Below are positions 60,240 to 64,000 of a DNA stretch of 64,000 nt, in pieces. Source of the stretch: Takakia lepidozioides (taxonomy: Eukaryota; Plantae; Bryophyta); contig CM060732.1 of the NCBI GenBank assembly GCA_030704615.1, forward strand, positions 22,196,001 to 22,260,000. Direction: 5' to 3'. Numbering within the stretch: the stretch's first letter is position 1; the number at the start of each line of letters is the position of its first letter. A model generated the notes under the pieces. It worked only from the letters and a program-made list of their open reading frames with translations. It made no database searches and was not told the DNA's origin. A program made the translations under genes and the position numbers.

Positions 60240-60650
60240 TGCAGGACCAAGGCGTCTGAAGGAAACCAGGGTGCAGCTGCGTTGAGGTGGACAACTGGGT
60301 CCATACAGTTGTTGTGGAATTAACATGTATCATCCTCGCATTGAGGACATCCATGCTGAGCTGAAGAGAGAGTCTGGGCAGATGAAGGCTGTTGGGTACA
60401 TGTCTAACACACATTTCATGGTGAGGAGCTAGGGATTTTCTCTCTGTCATCACACTGTCCATTGCTTTTGCTTTTGGGCTGATCAGCATGTCTGGTAGGA
60501 CCCCTCTCTGTGTCATCGAGACCCTTGGGGAACAATGGGTCTGCACTGACTGCCACATGGCCATGAATTTCATCTCAAGATTGTTGGGCTGTGCTGCAGG
60601 ATGCTAACTGCTTCCAAGATGGGTTTGGTTCTTGTGGGGATTCCTGGTGA
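60240..60650 (+). pseudogene. Heavily decayed PG-box/DYW remnant
   Basis: KPGCSCVEVDN, MKAVGY, AFAFGLIS, CTDCH and SCGDSW* fragments spread over several frames. Confidence 0.8.
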
Positions 60651-61258
60651 AATGAGCATCAAAGAAGTGCGTTGCTGGTGGATAGGTTATCTCCGTGTTC
60701 TTCTGCCAAAAGTACAGCGAAAGGAGAATGTGTATATTTGAATGTGTCACTCAAAACTGGACGTTTAAGTCAGTTGCCCTCAGGTACCCGGAGTATGATT
60801 CAAGCAGTTGACTGTTTGTAAGTTACTGAAATGTTCTTCAAGACTTGTCGACAGACTTGGCAAATGAAAATAAGCTTGGAGACTTTCCTGAGGCTTGAAG
60901 TTATTAGTCAAAAGAGGTGGAACAACAAAAAAATTCCCCAAACAATGTAGTCTGGGTAATCCAGAACCTTTCAAGTACATGTAGTGAGTCCCCAAGAGTT
61001 CCACATGTGAAGGATTGAGATCATTGTTTATGCAGTTTGCAAAACCAGCCGATTGTTCTCCTTGTCAGTTTGAGGCCATTAATCTGCCCTAGAGAGGACT
61101 TGTTTTTTTCTTAAACCTACTCCACCGTTTAAAAATGCGTAAGCATAAGCGAGAGCGGTAGCCCCAGTGAAAAATTGATCTGGAAACCCAGTTGGCATGC
61201 CCTTTTTTTTTTTTTTTTTTTGAAGGCATGCCTTGATTTGGGATTCCGGATGAAGAGT

Positions 61259-63957
61259 TGTAATGGCCAGATTCCTTCTACCTACCTTTTCGACATTGGA
61301 TGAACAGACGTTGGATGATGGCCGTTGAAAAAGGGCTTGGATGAAACAGCTGGAAACAATCTATTTTTAAACTAAGTATTGTCTTATGTTAACAGCTAGT
61401 TTATCTCTAAAATAGAATGAGGTGGCGTCCTATCTGGACAGACACCCGGATGGCATCCAAATGACCAATCAGGGCTTACCACTTGGTCAGATAAGATTGT
61501 GGGCCTTAGTTTATAAAAGGGATCAACACGACGCTTAAGGCGGCGGTGTACGTTTGGTGTGAAACCCTACTGTACCTGTGTGGGAGTTTTGGATGAAAAG
61601 GATGTGAGTGAGGATGTGCTGTTAAGCTCTGTGAGTGATTCTGACTCCTCTCCGTTGGATCCTGCCTATCTCGCTAGCCTGCTTTACCGAGCATACTTCC
61701 CCCTTATAGCTCAATATCCCTAGAGGAAGAGGAATAACGGGGTGGGCGAGAATCTTGGTGGAGAGGGGGGGCAAGATTGCGTTAATCATTAGCTGCACAT
61801 TCTTCTTTGTACGTCAGGTAGCTGTACGCTGACACTGTTACCATGGCGGTGCTCTACTGTTTCAGTTCTTGCTCGTGTTTTTGCTTGTTCATGGCTTTCA
61901 CATCATCTGCTTACATTCTGCAACCTGCGGCGATGGCCTCGTCTTCTGATCCTTCCACTGACGCTGAGTTCAAGGAGTACAAAGAAACTTCTACTGGTCA
62001 TTTTGAGCGATTTTAGCAAGGTCTCACACTCGCCAGCAACCTCCCCAGCTACAGTGAATTGCGGAATACCAAGTTCAACCCACGACAGCCGGCAGCCCTT
62101 CAAGAGCTTGTCTTTGGCCTCAGGTAATGGAAGTTTGCGGGCTATCTCCGTAGCAAAGAGTCGCTGCAAGGCCTTGGCCGCTCGAGCCCCTTCAAAGGCT
62201 TGGATACACTTCCGCCGCTGCGCTGCTTCTTCTTGCAGGGTGTGGGTGGGCTTCAGACCCTCCAACGCAGCGGTCAACTCAAACTGAGTCACCCAGTGAT
62301 CAGAAGGTGTGTCGAGGACTAATTCAGGGCGTTCAACCGGGGCACCAAGGGGCGGATAATCAATTTCAACCACCAGGCTAGGATCAACCGAAGCACGCAC
62401 AATGCTGTATGCATTGGATAATTAGTAACAGGAAAGCCAGGCAAGTAGTAACCCAGTCGTTCCTGTCTAAACACAAGAGCAGGGAAAATCAAAATATCAT
62501 GCATAGTATGAGGAAAGCGAGAGACGGGAATGCCTGCGACATGGTCATCCCAAGTGATGTCCACATTGTAATCAGGTTGCCAGGTAGGCCGCAGGTTGGC
62601 CAAGACAAGTGAACTACCACCTTTCACCAACTCCCACATATGATGCGCACTGGGTAAGTTGGGCGGGCTGCTTGCCAAGGAAAAGCTTATCCGCTCTATT
62701 GTTCGCGTGACTTTTTGGCTCAAAGTGGACGAAGAACTGTGGCACTTTCTGGGTGAAGGTGTTTACATGCTTCACAAACACATGTTTATAAGTGGCTATT
62801 GTATCAAGGACTGGGAGTCCAAATTGCGTCCTGCACGATCCTCCAGTAGAAGCTGCAACCATGGAGGACCAACTTCACCAAGCCCTCCTCCAGAAGTGTA
62901 AGACCAACACTCATCTGTCGGGCCTCTCTTCCCGTTTCTTCAGCCTGGCAAACAGGTTACCAAATCCAAGATGCGGATCGATGGGCCTTATCTGATTCAT
63001 GCGATTCTGCCTGGTCGGCAGTACCGTCTTCTTCCTCAACATCCTTCTACGGCAGAGATTGCAGGGACTGTTCATGTTTCTCAACTGGTCCCTTCTAAGC
63101 TGCAGTTTGATCTGACCTGCATCAACGTGAAGAATCGGCATGTGGTTTTGACTCCGAAGAAGCGTGCTCGGCTTGATTCTGATTCAGTTACTACCTAGAC
63201 TTCCTCATGACACTGTTTTTATTCAGCTACTCCCTACATATGATCTCTCTTAGTTTTCTTTCTAGTTCTTCAGGTTGCACACCTCACAAAATAGGGTTTT
63301 TCCACAGCAAGGTTTTGTCCTTCGCTCAAATTGCAGAACAAGGTTTTCCTTGTTGCGGTTTTTTTCATCCTATCTTGGTGTGACCTTGAGTGACCCTGCT
63401 CCCTATCTTGAGCATAGTGTTTATTTAGCTAGCTCACCGGAACCCGCTTCTCTGTGTGCCAGGAGGCTTTACATATGTAATGGCCAGATTCCTTTTACCT
63501 ACCTTTTTGACATTGGATGAACAGACGTTGGATGATGACCGTTGAAAAAGGGCTTGGATGAAACAGCTGGAAACAATCTATTTTTAAACTAAGTATTGTC
63601 TTATGTTAACAGCTAGTTTATCTCTAAAGTAGAATGAGGTGGCGTCCTATTTGGACAGACACCCAGATGGCATCCAAATGACCAATCAGGGCTTACCACT
63701 TGGTCAGATAAGATTGTGGGACTTCGTTTATAAAAGGGATCAACACGACGCTTAAGGCAGCGGTGTACATTTGGTGTGAAACCCTACTGTACCTGTGTGG
63801 GAGTTTTGGATGAAAAGGATGCGAGTGAGGAGTGATGACTCCTCTCCGTTGGATCCCGCCTATCTCGCTAGCCTTCTTTACCGAGCATACTTCCCCCTTA
63901 TAGCTCAATACCCCTAGAGGAAGAGGAATAAGGGGTGGACGAGAATCTGGCTTTATA
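61259..63957 (+). mobile_element. Non-autonomous/degenerate LTR element (gypsy-derived) with ~490-bp direct repeats
   Basis: Direct repeats at 61259-~61754 and 63476-~63957, both starting TGTAATGGCCAG. Internal GPYLIHAIL..YRL..TVHVSQL (integrase GPY/F module) at 62971-63100. TGGTGGAGA after repeat 1 could be a PBS. Confidence 0.65.
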
Positions 63958-64000
63958 GAGAGTGCAGAGACCTTTTGCACATTTTTGTTGGCCAGCTTTC

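Overview
Eukaryotic, repeat-rich land-plant nuclear DNA, most likely a non-seed plant or bryophyte. That assignment rests on moss-type PLS-DYW PPRs, a MIKC*-like MADS gene, a half-tRNA-primed Copia and a Tcn1/Galadriel-like chromovirus. From left to right the window contains: (1) one end of a CACTA/EnSpm transposon (1-4313). (2) A ~15.4-kb degenerate DNA-transposon-like element (~5150-20590) with two divergent transcription units. The leftward unit has Tnp1-like domains plus a truncated Cys-rich transposase-like N-terminus. The rightward unit has a spliced ParB/Srx-like plus degenerate N4/N6-methyltransferase-like protein and two FCP1/NIF pseudo-phosphatase domains. About 10 copies of a 24-30-bp palindrome (AACCTCCACTG-NN-CAGTGGAGGTT) are scattered through this element, which is the most interesting system in the window. 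(3) A minus-strand Copia (21280-37194, TSD GACGA) with four nested insertions, including a young chromovirus (28372-35381, TSD CCCCT). (4) An atypical Dof gene and an intronless MIKC*-like MADS gene arranged head-to-head, separated by a second gypsy (39568-44751, TSD GATCC) that has an internal inversion. (5) Two divergent PLS-class PPR genes whose DYW domains have decayed independently. (6) A LINE-like fragment and an LTR-like direct-repeat element at the right end. All domain calls come from motif recognition by eye; no database searches were run.
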